A stretch of DNA of 64,000 nucleotides from contig CAVZDU010000001.1 of NCBI GenBank assembly GCA_963774265.1, positions 608,001 through 672,000 on the forward strand, read 5' to 3'. A program made the translations under genes and the position numbers. Every line of letters starts with the position of its first letter. Position 1 is the stretch's first letter. Source of the stretch: an uncultured Chloroflexia bacterium (GTDB taxonomy: Bacteria > Chloroflexota > Anaerolineae > CG2-30-64-16). The notes under the pieces are model-generated. The model made no database searches. It was not told where the DNA came from and saw nothing but the letters and a program-made list of their open reading frames with translations. Shown one piece after another: positions 1-9,998 of the stretch.

Positions 1-26
1 CATGAAGGTATTGTATACCAACACAT

Positions 27-80
27 GAAAACCTCCGAGGTCGTGCCAACCTTCGGTTGGCCTGAGACTTCGGAGGTTTC
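27..80. repeat. REP-like nested palindrome, family A copy 1
   Basis: aaacctccgaggtc...gacttcggaggttt outer inverted repeat around inner hairpin gccaacc-ttc-ggttggc; near-identical copy at 7942-7992, partial copy at 357-393. Confidence 0.85.
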
Positions 81-92
81 CCCCGGACTTTG

Positions 93-108
93 TGGCATAA
101 TAGCCGTT
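93..108 (+). promoter_or_regulatory. extended -10 promoter, probably leaderless
   Basis: TG-G-CATAAT (93-101), then 7 nt, then ATG at 109; no Shine-Dalgarno. Confidence 0.55.
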
Positions 109-351
109 ATGTCGTCTGACCGCGGAGAACCTCGCCCGCCCACCGACACCCGGGCCGATCGCCAACGTCTGGACCGTAATCTCGCGCTCGCGGTGGTGGT
201 GTTCCTGGTTGGTGTCGGTGGAACTGCCATCGCGTTGGTCTATGGTGGCGGTGCGGCTGTGCTTGGTTTGACCTGCCTGGGTGCAGGCGCCGGCATCTTC
301 GGACTGCTCTGGCTGATCCTGACGTTGATCGAGCGTTGGACGAACCGTTAG
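109..351 (+). CDS. small two-TM membrane protein, hypothetical
   Basis: ORF 25..351; the 5' part is repeat-derived, so the start is placed at ATG 109; two long hydrophobic segments. Confidence 0.65.
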   Translation: MSSDRGEPRPPTDTRADRQRLDRNLALAVVVFLVGVGGTAIALVYGGGAAVLGLTCLGAGAGIFGLLWLILTLIERWTNR

Positions 352-356
352 CGCGA

Positions 357-393
357 GAAACCTCCGAGGTCGTCCTTGCGGGACTGAGGTTTT
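357..393. repeat. degenerate copy of palindrome family A
   Basis: aaacctccgaggtcgt identical to copy 1, closed by gaggttt; lies between convergent genes. Confidence 0.65.
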
Positions 394-404
394 TGTGTGC
401 GCCA

Positions 405-749
405 TCACCCGCCCACAAGTTTGACCTTGTACCCCATCTGGTGCAGCTTCTCTGCCACCTTGTCGCGTTGGTCGCCCTGGATCTCGAACTCGGTCTCTTT
501 GATCGTGCCGCCCGTGCCACACGTGTTCTTGAGCGTGGTCAGCAACTCCTTAAGGGTGGCGGGCGTATGTTGCAGGCCGTAAATCACGGTGACGGTCTTG
601 CCGGCCCGGCCCTTGCGGTCACGCTTGACGTAGGCCGTCTGCTGTTTCGGAGCCAGATCGATGGCGTGGCAGACGCACGGCGAGCGGCCGCAGCGCGGGC
701 ACAATTCGACGGCGTCGGGATCAGTAGAGTATACGATTCGCGGGGACAT
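405..749 (-). CDS. yciH: SUI1/eIF1-family translation initiation factor YciH
   Basis: VYSTD N-terminus, RKGRAGKTVT, CGTGGT, IQGD motifs. Confidence 0.92.
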   Translation of the reverse strand: MSPRIVYSTDPDAVELCPRCGRSPCVCHAIDLAPKQQTAYVKRDRKGRAGKTVTVIYGLQHTPATLKELLTTLKNTCGTGGTIKETEFEIQGDQRDKVAEKLHQMGYKVKLVGG

Positions 750-828
750 TGCTGGACCTCTTGGCGTGGTTAGCAGGCTGTGCTACAATAGCGACATAAC
801 CGCTGATATGGGCGGAGCCAATTGTACC

Positions 829-1195
829 ATGAAAACGGAGGACACCCTGGAAGGTCTCGACCTGGCACATGCGATTGTCGGCAAACTGGAGCAACACCAG
901 GCATCCGATATTGTCCTGATGGACCTGCGCGATATTACGCCGTTGGCCGACTTTTTTGTGATTTGCTCGACCGACTCCGAGCGGCAGGCCCGCACGCTGC
1001 AGGAAATCCTGCTCGAAGATCTCGAAGAAAGAGATGCAGGCGCGGCCACTGTCGGCCGAAGGCGAGGCCGCGTCAGGCTGGATCCTCATCGACTATAACT
1101 GGGTCGTCGTCCACATCTTTTCGCGTGAGGCTCGCGCCTTCTACCGGCTTGAGGAGCTTTGGAAGGCTGCGCCGGTGATGCTGAAGATACAGTAG
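829..1195 (+). CDS. rsfS: ribosome silencing factor RsfS (iojap); one frameshift near 1030
   Basis: [19 protein letters not shown], then [23 protein letters not shown] in the shifted frame; stop TAG 1193-1195. Confidence 0.9.
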
Positions 1196-1222
1196 TCTTT
1201 GATTGCCGGCTGAAGATCGGAG

Positions 1223-1262
1223 AATTGCGGCGTCACGTCTATGCAGGCGTGACGCCGCAATT
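1223..1262. terminator. bidirectional terminator-like hairpin
   Basis: 15-bp perfect inverted repeat aattgcggcgtcacg/cgtgacgccgcaatt between convergent rsfS and ndk. Confidence 0.7.
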
Positions 1263-1315
1263 ATTTACCCCTGGTGGTGCTTTGGTCCTGCGAAGGCCCC
1301 CGCGCAAATGCGCTA

Positions 1316-2050
1316 CTAACCTCGCTCTTCGTTGATCAGATACTTGGCTGCGACGGCTCCGACGGTGCAAGGAGACGGCTGCCCCGCGGCCAGCAGACGC
1401 AGCGCCTCCAGATCGGAGGTCCAGGCGATATCGCCGGGCGCCAGCAGGCAAACGGCGCCCGGTTCGAACGCTGCGGAGAGCCGGCCGTCCTTGAAATAAT
1501 AGAGGGAATCGCTCATCGCGGTGGGATAGGCTTGCATGAGCGGCGGGACGTCATTGGGCTTGAACCAAAGCTTGATTTCTCGTTCCGCCTCAGGCGGCGT
1601 TGCCGAGGCGTGGATGAGGTTGTCCATCCGTTCGCTGATCACGTTGCCCGCGGCATCTTTGATGGGCACCAGCGTGCCCAGGGCGCGGATGCACCCCGGC
1701 TTCTTTTCCCGAGCGACCAGTGGGTTCGTCGGTCCCGCGATGTCGCGGATTTTTTGGACCGCGTTCGGGCCCTGGTAGGCGAACGCGATCACCCGGCGCT
1801 TCTCAGGCTCATTCGGGTAGTGCTCCAGGCCCATGATGTAATTGAGCAGCGGCGGATAGAAGGGTTTACCCCGGTGTTCGGCGTAGTGCTCCTCGGCGAG
1901 CAACGGACTCACGTTGACGATCTTCGCGGCGGCAAAGCGCAGGCCGCTGTGGACTTCGGATAGCAGCGAAAGCACATATCCGGTCAATGAGTTCTTTAGG
2001 GCGTCCGGTTTGATCAGCACAAGCGTTTGTTCGAGCTCTTTGCCGTCCAT
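1316..2050 (-). CDS. ndk: nucleoside-diphosphate kinase with C-terminal extension
   Basis: EQTLVLIKPD, AEEHYAEHRGKPFY, GPTNP, PGCIR, NLIHASA (catalytic His). Confidence 0.9.
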   Translation of the reverse strand: MDGKELEQTLVLIKPDALKNSLTGYVLSLLSEVHSGLRFAAAKIVNVSPLLAEEHYAEHRGKPFYPPLLNYIMGLEHYPNEPEKRRVIAFAYQGPNAVQKIRDIAGPTNPLVAREKKPGCIRALGTLVPIKDAAGNVISERMDNLIHASATPPEAEREIKLWFKPNDVPPLMQAYPTAMSDSLYYFKDGRLSAAFEPGAVCLLAPGDIAWTSDLEALRLLAAGQPSPCTVGAVAAKYLINEERG

Positions 2051-2177
2051 GGGTTCTCCTTGTTTGGATTAATGACAATGGTGCGTTCCGCTGATCCTAC
2101 CTTGGTTCGTGGATAGCCGAGAGATTGAGAGTATAGCGTCAATGGCGTGCAGTACAAAGCAATAGGTCGAAGTCCGA

Positions 2178-3120
2178 TCATAAGGCGCTCAGGACGGACT
2201 CTACCTTTTTGTCGAGTTGGGGACCTAACTGCAATACCTGCTGACCAGAACCGAATGCCTTCGAAAAGTCAGCCGTTAACATTCTCACGGTTCTTTTGTG
2301 CGTCAACGCACGAATGGAACTGAAAGGCACGGCAGGGCCGAGCGCATAAGCCATGACTGACATAACGCCCTTACCAGGCCGCGCTCGCTTGGGGCACGCC
2401 GCCAACCAGCTTCTCAAATTGTAGGTACACACGGTCTGGCACAATGAAGTAATGGCCCAGGTGGCAAAGATTTGACGTACTGGCCACAGCGCCCTTGAGA
2501 ATAAGTTGCGGAATGAGTCTCTTCCAGACGTTGGCCCAATTCATCCCATGATTGGAATCCGGTATCTGCGGCAACTCATCTCGATATGCTTCCCAATTCG
2601 CGGAGTAGTTGCCCGTGGTGTCGATGCTTTGAACTTCGCAGGGAATAATCGATGCAAGCCTCTGATCCGTTATGCGTGCGAATACCCAGTCTAGGTTCAA
2701 TTTGACGGCGTCATTATTGTCTAGCTTGACTTCGCTCCCGGAATTCTGCCCCAGCATGACCACATAATCGTTAGGCAATCTCTTGCTCTGCTTGCGTTGC
2801 GAGTACTCGTCAGCCGTGTAAGTAGGTAAGGCAACTCCAGTAGCATCTCTTACAACGCCTTTCAGCGCGAAGTAGTGACCTGCATAGAGGCGCTGAGCGC
2901 ATGCGATCACTTCTTCATCAATGTTCCTTGTTTTGTTGTGGACGCTACAAGTTCCGTATACCTCAACCACTCCTCCGCCTCTTGGATGAGAGTGTTTGAT
3001 GCAGGTGTTGCCGACAAAGGGGCACTTTCGGCTCTTCCATTGCTTGCGCGCGGGTTCAGACGTGTCATCGGGTGCATAACCGAATATTTCTGCTAGATCA
3101 TTCCCTTTGGCTCTGGCCAT
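2178..3120 (-). CDS. NotI-family restriction endonuclease; frameshift near 2375
   Basis: AEIFG, CPF-x4-C, GTCSV, IACAQR (four Cys), EVQSIDTTGNY, MNWANVWKRLIPQLILKG; C-terminus continues in ORF 2178..2444. Confidence 0.78.
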
Positions 3121-5232
3121 GTGCCTCCCCGCTTTTTCTGTTACGTACTATCAGACGGTTCCATACCTCTCGAATCTCTGCAGGCGAGGCATCACCGCTT
3201 AAGAGACTACCAAGGGCTTCACCACATGTCAGGCAGAATTTCTCACTATCGCCCGTATCTATGGCCGTCGGCTGGCTCCATCTGTTCCAAGCCGTGTCGC
3301 CATCAATACCAAAAACAAGAATAGCATCATGTCGGATAGCATTGAGATTGCTAATGTGAACGGACACGGGATTCTCAGAGATGACAACATATACATTGAT
3401 TAGCTGGAATCGTGCCTGTTTTAGAGTGATTGTCAACTCTGCCCAGGCGTTTGGATCCCAGTGATGAAAGGTAAATACCATACGACCTACATCGCGCTTC
3501 AAGACTCGGCCACATTCTTCAAATATCCCCCCTAGTACCCTAATGAAGCCAGTGTCGCCGTTTGAAGCTGACGTAGCTACAGCGCTCAGGTCATGATCAT
3601 ATGACCAGTCTGCCTCGTGTGGTAGCATCCTCGCTAACCACACTCGAAAGAATCTGGCCAGGTCGCTGTATTGCACATTGTCGTAATACGGAGGATCCGT
3701 GACAATGAAGTCTATGGCCCCATCGTTGATGGGCAGCGAACGAGAATCACCCTGAATGAGCCAAAAGCGCTGAGCAGAGTTTTGGAGTTCGCCGAGCTCA
3801 GTTACCTCAACACCGGAGTCTTGTTCGCCGCATATTCTGACGAGTGCACCGCCCGCTCCAGGTTGCCGCTCTATGGGCGCCACGGCCCATCGTCGACCGC
3901 GTTCTATCCGATCGTGGAAGAGTTGTTGTAGGTTGCCGGAAGACCGCTTGGAGCCGATGGGATTGTTTTCTGTGGCTGTATATGGAAACGAATAGGCATG
4001 CAGCGCGAAGACGTGTCGAATCGCTCCTGGTCGGTTACTACTTGCTCCTTTGTAACCGCAGAGCATACTATTGAACTCGAGCGACGTCGACAACAAAAGG
4101 GCGAGATTTAGTCTAAGCGTTCCTTCCATGGTAGCAAGCGCCCTTATTCCCGCATCAAGGAACAACAATTGACGAGAAGAGAAAACGTCCAGATACGAGC
4201 TAATGCCATGAGTCAGGAGATCTCTGGACTTTGGTCCCCGCTCGATGACAAAGTCAGAAGTATCGCCGAGGTCAAGACTAATCCGTGCGTCATCCGCGGC
4301 TCGAATCTTGGCTAGGTCAGCATCAACCGGCGACTGCAGACGCGAACCGTGTTCGGAGCAGTGCGCGAAGATCGCAATCGGTATATACCTCGCATAGAAA
4401 GGAATGGTGAGAAGCTCTCGATAGGTCTTGCGGCATTTTTCGCACTTGATCTGGCTCTTAGTGATCAAGCGCGGTTCATCGCATCGCCGGAGCAATCACA
4501 TGGTATGTCGGATATGCTCCAGCATTGCGGACAGATGCGATAAGTTTTCTTTCCTTCATGCCGTAATTCATACTGATCAATTTGGACTACTTCGCCGCAG
4601 TCACATTCCTTGCGCAGGCCGGACAGCGTGTAGAGTGCCTCCGCTTTATTGCCGCATTTAGGGCATTCTGTCTCGAAGTAGTCACGGAGGGATTCGCGAA
4701 TGCTATCAAAAAACGCATCAAAGTGGGTCTGCAGGTCATGCAATTCTACCGCGGAAAGTGAAGCTCGAACCTGGACGATTGGGATTGGATCAATGTCGGC
4801 ACCAACTACATTTGCACCCAACCTAATGGCTTCATGCAGTGTTGTGCCGCCCCCCATCATGGGGTCTAGCACGATCTTTCCGGTGAGTCCGCCGGCCGCG
4901 TAGTAATCTCGCTGGTCCCTATTCTCGACCAAGTGCTTGAGCAATGTACGGAATGTGCTGCCGCAACGCCGGGCCCACCACTTGTGGAGGTAGGTGTTGG
5001 GGCGATAAAGATGCTTATTGTAGGATTCAAGTTCCGCTAGACGATTAGCTAGTTCGACGTCGAAATGATCGTCTATCGGATAACCCGAATAGGACTCGGC
5101 AGAGGGTGGGTCAAACAGGAAGTGCATCTGAAGATTGGAGTCAATTCTCGCAACGGGCTCATGTACGGACGTAGCATCAGTTGCATCAGCAGACAGATCA
5201 TGAGCTTCAGTAAAGGAATTCTCGTTGATCAC
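3098..5232 (-). CDS. DNA amino-methyltransferase (m6A/m4C), DUF1156-like N-terminus, Cys-rich insert; frameshift near 4480
   Basis: LHKWWARR, motif I VLDPMMGGGTT, motif IV TDPPYYD, multiple CxxC; split across ORFs 4465..5232 and 3098..4495. Confidence 0.85.
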
Positions 5233-5425
5233 AAAGTCACCGTAGCCGCTTCTCTTATTCTACTGGTGTATGGCTGGACGAACGCCACTCTTCTAAACGA
5301 TACCGGCCATTATAGCTTTCCCGGACTATCGGGGCAAACCAGTCCGTCTTACCGGACACTGAACCTAGAAGTCGCTCCAACTTAACGGACACGTATTCCT
5401 TTCACCGAAAAACACCGGCTTCCCG

Positions 5426-6469
5426 CTAGTCGTGCTGCAGTTGGTGCACTCTTCGCACCCCGGCCATCAGCCTCTCCAATGATGGCTCCGGCCACCTGGA
5501 CGCGCCGATCGGGTCCGCTCCTGGCTCGGCGTCGCCCAGCAGTGCGCGGCACGTGTCCGCAACGCCATGCGCCAGCACGGTCAGGTCGTAGCCTCCCTCC
5601 AAAACCACCACCAGCCGGCCGCCGCACAACCTCTCGGCCAGGCCGACCACTCCCGTGGCAAGCTGCCAATAGCCCGCCAGCGAGAGATGTAGCCCGGCGA
5701 GCGGGTCTCGCCAGTGCCCATCGTAGCCCGCAGATACAAGGATTAACTCGGGCTGGAAGCGTTCGGCCAGGGGGTTGACTGCCTCACCGAACAGCCGGCT
5801 GAATCCCGCGTCACCGGTGCCCGTGGGCAGCGGGAAATTGACCGTGTAGCCGCTGCCCGCGCCTGCGCCGGCCTCACGCCAGTCGCCCGTGCCGGGATAG
5901 TGGGGGTATTGATGGGTGGACATGAAGAGAACGTTGGGCGAGTCGTAGAAGATGTCCTGCGTGCCATTGCCGTGGTGGACGTCCCAGTCGAAGATAAGAA
6001 CGCGGCGGAGGCCGAACTCGTCCAGCGCAGCCTGCGCCGCGGCCGCGATGTTGTTGAAGAGGCAGAAGCCCATGCCGCGCCGGCGTTCGGCGTGATGCCC
6101 GGGCGGACGGACGAGCGCGATGCCATTGCGGAGTGCGCCAGTCAACACGCCGCGCGTCAACTCGACCGTGCCTCCGGCTGCCAACATGGCCGCATCATAC
6201 GAACGGCTGACCAGGTATGTGTCAGTGTCAAGGTAGCCGCCGCCCCGCACACAGATCTCGCGCACTCTATTGACGTAATCCCGATCGTGCACGCGGTCAA
6301 GCAGCTTGGAGTCGATCGGTTGCGGCGTAATGGGCTGCATTCGCTGCCACACGCCAACGTTAACCAGCTCCGCTACAATGCGCTGCAGTCGCGTAGCGCT
6401 CTCCGGATGCCCGGGCAGGTCGTGCTCCAGGAAGAGCGGATCGTAAAGGACGCCCGTAGCCGCCGTCAA
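5426..6469 (-). CDS. histone deacetylase family (AcuC/AphA-like) protein
   Basis: HPE, RPPGHHA, GFCLFNN, DWDVHHGNGTQ, SAGYD, LEGGY. Confidence 0.93.
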   Translation of the reverse strand: MTAATGVLYDPLFLEHDLPGHPESATRLQRIVAELVNVGVWQRMQPITPQPIDSKLLDRVHDRDYVNRVREICVRGGGYLDTDTYLVSRSYDAAMLAAGGTVELTRGVLTGALRNGIALVRPPGHHAERRRGMGFCLFNNIAAAAQAALDEFGLRRVLIFDWDVHHGNGTQDIFYDSPNVLFMSTHQYPHYPGTGDWREAGAGAGSGYTVNFPLPTGTGDAGFSRLFGEAVNPLAERFQPELILVSAGYDGHWRDPLAGLHLSLAGYWQLATGVVGLAERLCGGRLVVVLEGGYDLTVLAHGVADTCRALLGDAEPGADPIGASRWPEPSLERLMAGVRRVHQLQHD

Positions 6470-6470
6470 A

Positions 6471-6929
6471 TCACGGCTCCGGGCTGAAATACCACATCCA
6501 CTTGCTGCCGCGCATCTCCTTGATGATGTGTCCTGTGGTCAGAACACCCAGCGCGCGTAACCCCACGTCGCCGCGCTCGCTGACCACCAGGTGGCTGATG
6601 GACCGCTCCACCATGATCTTGATGGCATCTTGCAGCAGCATGTCCGGCGGGATCGCGATCACCTTGCTGCTCATGACGTCCCGCGCCTTGAGCCCTTTGT
6701 GATCCTGTCCGAAGAACGGGATGAGATCCAATTGGCTGATGGTGCCCAGGGCTTCCTCGTCCGGCCCGGTGACCACCAAGACCCGGACATTGGTGTCCAC
6801 GATGATGCGGATTACTTCGTCGAGGGGCGTGCTTGGCTTGCACCCGATCACGCCCTTGTGCATGACGCTGCCCACGTGGACTTCTTGCTTCGGGGCGGCG
6901 TCACCGGTCAGGCTTTCAGTTGACATCAT
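6471..6929 (-). CDS. CBS-pair protein
   Basis: two CBS repeats ([10 protein letters not shown]; [16 protein letters not shown]). Confidence 0.85.
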   Translation of the reverse strand: MMSTESLTGDAAPKQEVHVGSVMHKGVIGCKPSTPLDEVIRIIVDTNVRVLVVTGPDEEALGTISQLDLIPFFGQDHKGLKARDVMSSKVIAIPPDMLLQDAIKIMVERSISHLVVSERGDVGLRALGVLTTGHIIKEMRGSKWMWYFSPEP

Positions 6930-7068
6930 CCACCTCCCTGATGGTCGTGCCGGTGCAGGATCTCAAATCGCGCGCACGCTGTCGCCAGGCGCAAAATCAA
7001 TGGTGCGCGCACGCTCATATTAGCACCGGCACGGGGTCGTGTAAAGGGGTTTTGGTGCGTTCGCCGCG

Positions 7069-8530
7069 TCAGCCCATCTTGTAAGCGGCCAGGGTGCGCT
7101 CGCGAGCCAGCGCGTGGTCCACGATGGGCGCGGGGTAGTCCTTGCCGATGACCATCCCCGCGAGCCGCTGCACCTCGGTCGGCGTCGGTCCACGGAGCGT
7201 GAATGGTCTTGTTGGGCACACGGGTCAGCTCAGGCACCCATCGGCGAATGGTCGTAGCTTCTGGATCGAACTTCTCGCCCTGCAACACGGGGTTGAACAC
7301 ACGGAAGTAGGGCGCTGCATCGGTCCCCACGCCCGCGGTCCATTGCCACCCGCCGTTATTGGCTGCCGGGTCGCCATCCACCAGGTGCTGCATGAAGAAC
7401 CGTTCACCCCAGCGCCAATCGATCAGCAGATCTTTGACCAGGAACGAGGCCACGATCATGCGGCCGCGGTTGTGCATCCATCCGAGTTGCACGAGCTGTC
7501 GCATGGACGCGTCGATCACCGGGTAGCCTGTCCGTCCTTCGCACCACGCCGCGAATTCTGCGCGATCGTTCCGCCAGCGGATGCCGCGCAGACTGGCCTG
7601 GAATTCCTGGCCGAGAACTGTGGGGAAATGATAGAGGACAGACTGGTAGAATTCGCGCCAGATCAGTTCGTTGAGCCAGGTCTCGGCGCCCTTTCGTGCC
7701 TCTGTATTTGGGGCATTGTCAACCGCATGACGGGCCGCCACAGCCGCACGCAGCGCCGAGACCATGCCGAACCTTAGATAGGGCGAAAGCTGTGAGGTCC
7801 CGTCCAGGTCCATGCGATTGCGCACCTCTCCATACTGGCTGATAGGCGCATCTTCGCCTTCTGCGAACGCACGCAGTCGGCGCAGCGCTTCGGCCTCGCC
7901 AGGCGGAAAGGGCACGACTGGGGGCAGCACGGCCGAGTGCAAGACCTTCGAGGTCTCAGGCCAACCGAAGGTTGGCACGACCTCGAAGGTCTGGTTAGAG
8001 AGGGACGCCACGTCGGGTGGCGGCGCCAGTCTTTCTGGTACCGGCATCAGGTCCCCGGGCGCAGGGAGTGGCAGCGACTTCCAGGCTCGGCTGAAGGGGG
8101 TATAGACGGTATAGCCTGTTCCGTCTGCCTTGCGGATCGCGTCGTATGGCCTGGCGGTGATGCCCTGGGTCAGGGTCAGGGGGACGCGCCCCGCCACAGC
8201 CGCATCGCGCTGCCGCGCATAGGGCCACGGATCGCCCTCCGCGAACACGGCAGACGCGCCGGTCTCCGCACAGAGCTGCGCCAACACCTCTGCCGGCTCA
8301 CCGCGACGGAGGATGAGCCGGCTGCCCCGTGCCCGCAGATCTGCGTCGAGCGCCGTTAGCCCTCCGAAGAGGAACGCCACGCGTTTTTCGCTGACGTCAC
8401 CGGCCTCGAGCAGTTTGGGGTCCAGCACGAAGACAGGGATGACCGGGGCTCCATGTGCCAGCGCCGCCTGCAGCGCGTAGTTGTCGTGCAGCCGCAAATC
8501 GCGGCGTGTCCACCAGATGGTCGGGGGCAT
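7069..8530 (-). CDS. phrB: deoxyribodipyrimidine photolyase; frameshift near 7190
   Basis: [47 protein letters not shown]; true C-terminus [14 protein letters not shown] ends at 7069. Confidence 0.93.
7942..7992. repeat. palindrome family A copy 2, in frame inside the photolyase gene
   Basis: 14-bp perfect inverted repeat agaccttcgaggtc/gacctcgaaggtct around gccaacc-gaa-ggttggc; 51 bp, encoding [16 protein letters not shown]. Confidence 0.88.
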
Positions 8531-8725
8531 GGGTCACTCCTTGTCGCCTGCGGTCTGCCCGCGAGGCGGCGCAACGATGATAAATTATACCCCATCAAGC
8601 CCTCAGCGCGTTTCGAGAGATCGGCCTGTGTCAAACAATCTACCCCGGCGCGTTGTCACCCGTCCCCAGCCGGGTGTATACTCCGGACGACAGGAGTTGA
8701 GACCATAACTGGTGTGGGAGTTGAC

Positions 8726-9172
8726 ATGAGCGAGGCGGGACGAGATCCCCTTTCCGAGTACGACCCACCACCTGGGTTGGTGGCTCTGGGTGCGCGCGTC
8801 GAAGTGGAGTTGATCTCGCACGATGGCGAGGCCGAGCTTCTTGCATTCGATATCGTGCAGGAGCAAGCCGCGGACTTTGACGCCGGCTTTCTCGCTATCA
8901 GCACGCCGCTGGCGCGCGCCATCGTAGGTCGGCCTGCCGGGTCGGAAGTGCCTTATCACATGGGCGACGTAGTGAAGGTGCGCATCCTCTCCATTGCGCG
9001 CAGCCAGCGCAAGGCTGACCGTGATGCTGCGGCTGAGCGCGAGGCAAGCACGCGTGAAGCCGTGCAGCGCGCCAAGACCGACGACACGATCCAATTGGCG
9101 TTGACCTTCAGCTCTAAGTGGGGTGACTATGACCCAACGCCTCTGGAGCGCGATGGGGACGCACAAGGATGA
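8726..9172 (+). CDS. GreA/GreB C-terminal-domain-like protein
   Basis: VALGARVEV..AISTPLARAIVG..G..V..VRILSI pattern; no N-terminal coiled coil. Confidence 0.7.
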   Translation: MSEAGRDPLSEYDPPPGLVALGARVEVELISHDGEAELLAFDIVQEQAADFDAGFLAISTPLARAIVGRPAGSEVPYHMGDVVKVRILSIARSQRKADRDAAAEREASTREAVQRAKTDDTIQLALTFSSKWGDYDPTPLERDGDAQG

Positions 9173-9972
9173 CAGTCACGATTCGCCATCTCCACACACC
9201 TGCAGATGCGACCGCTGCCGTCGAACTGCAGCGCGCCATTTGGGGCGGTGATGAGGTCGCCGGTCACGTGCTGCTGACCGCGGCGCACAACGGCGGGCTG
9301 CTGGCTGGAGCGTTCGTCGCGGATCGGCTGGCAGGATTCGTCTGGAGCTTCCTGGGTTTAGACGAGCGCGTGCATCCGCCTCGGCTCAAGCACTGCTCGC
9401 ACATGCTTGGCGTTCATCCCGATTACCGCAACCAGGGTCTCGGTTTTGCGCTCAAGCGTTTTCAATGGGACTACGTGGCCGGTCAGGGGATCGAACTCAT
9501 CACGTGGACCTTCGATCCTCTGCTGGCTCCCAACGCGCATCTCAACATGGCGCGTCTCGGGGCAGTGTGCAACACCTACATGGAGGACGCCTACGGGCCG
9601 CTCGATGATGACCTCAACGCTGGCCTGCCGTCCGATCGACTGCAGGTCGACCTGTGGGTGAATGCGCAGCGCGTCCGTGCTGCTATGCGGGAAGGGCTGC
9701 CGCCGCGGGTGCTGCCACAGGCTGCTCTCTGGATCAACCCGCTGAACCCGCTTCCAGGCACGTCTGGATTGTCCGCCTGGGTCGCAGTGGCGATTCCGCT
9801 CGACTTCGGGAGGGTGAAAGCTGCGGACGGCGGCGTAGCCGCGGCGTGGCGCAGGGGCACGCGGCTCGTGTTCAAGTCCCTGTTTGGACAGGGCTACATG
9901 GTCGTAGATTTCCTGCGGCAGCCAACCTGCGGCTGCTATTTGCTGGCGCACGATCCCGATCCATCGCTCTGA
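9169..9972 (+). CDS. GNAT acyltransferase, likely D-amino-acid N-succinyltransferase family
   Basis: HSHMLGV-like CSHMLGVHPDYRNQGLG, WTFDPL, NAHLN, SDRL; directly upstream of NSAR/OSBS. Confidence 0.8.
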   Translation: MTVTIRHLHTPADATAAVELQRAIWGGDEVAGHVLLTAAHNGGLLAGAFVADRLAGFVWSFLGLDERVHPPRLKHCSHMLGVHPDYRNQGLGFALKRFQWDYVAGQGIELITWTFDPLLAPNAHLNMARLGAVCNTYMEDAYGPLDDDLNAGLPSDRLQVDLWVNAQRVRAAMREGLPPRVLPQAALWINPLNPLPGTSGLSAWVAVAIPLDFGRVKAADGGVAAAWRRGTRLVFKSLFGQGYMVVDFLRQPTCGCYLLAHDPDPSL

Positions 9973-9998
9973 CCCAGGTCATTTTAGAAGGACCTCCC

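Noticed and set aside
25-108. N-terminal extension [18 protein letters not shown] of ORF 25..351
   Set aside because: It is the palindromic repeat read in an open frame; the -10 box at 96-101 points to ATG 109 as the start.
6926-7068. Photolyase C-terminal extension overlapping the CBS gene
   Set aside because: Artefact of the frameshift near 7190; the conserved YPAPIVDH tail ends at 7069.
27-7992. Family-A repeats as a CRISPR array
   Set aside because: Only three dispersed copies, no regular spacers and no cas genes.
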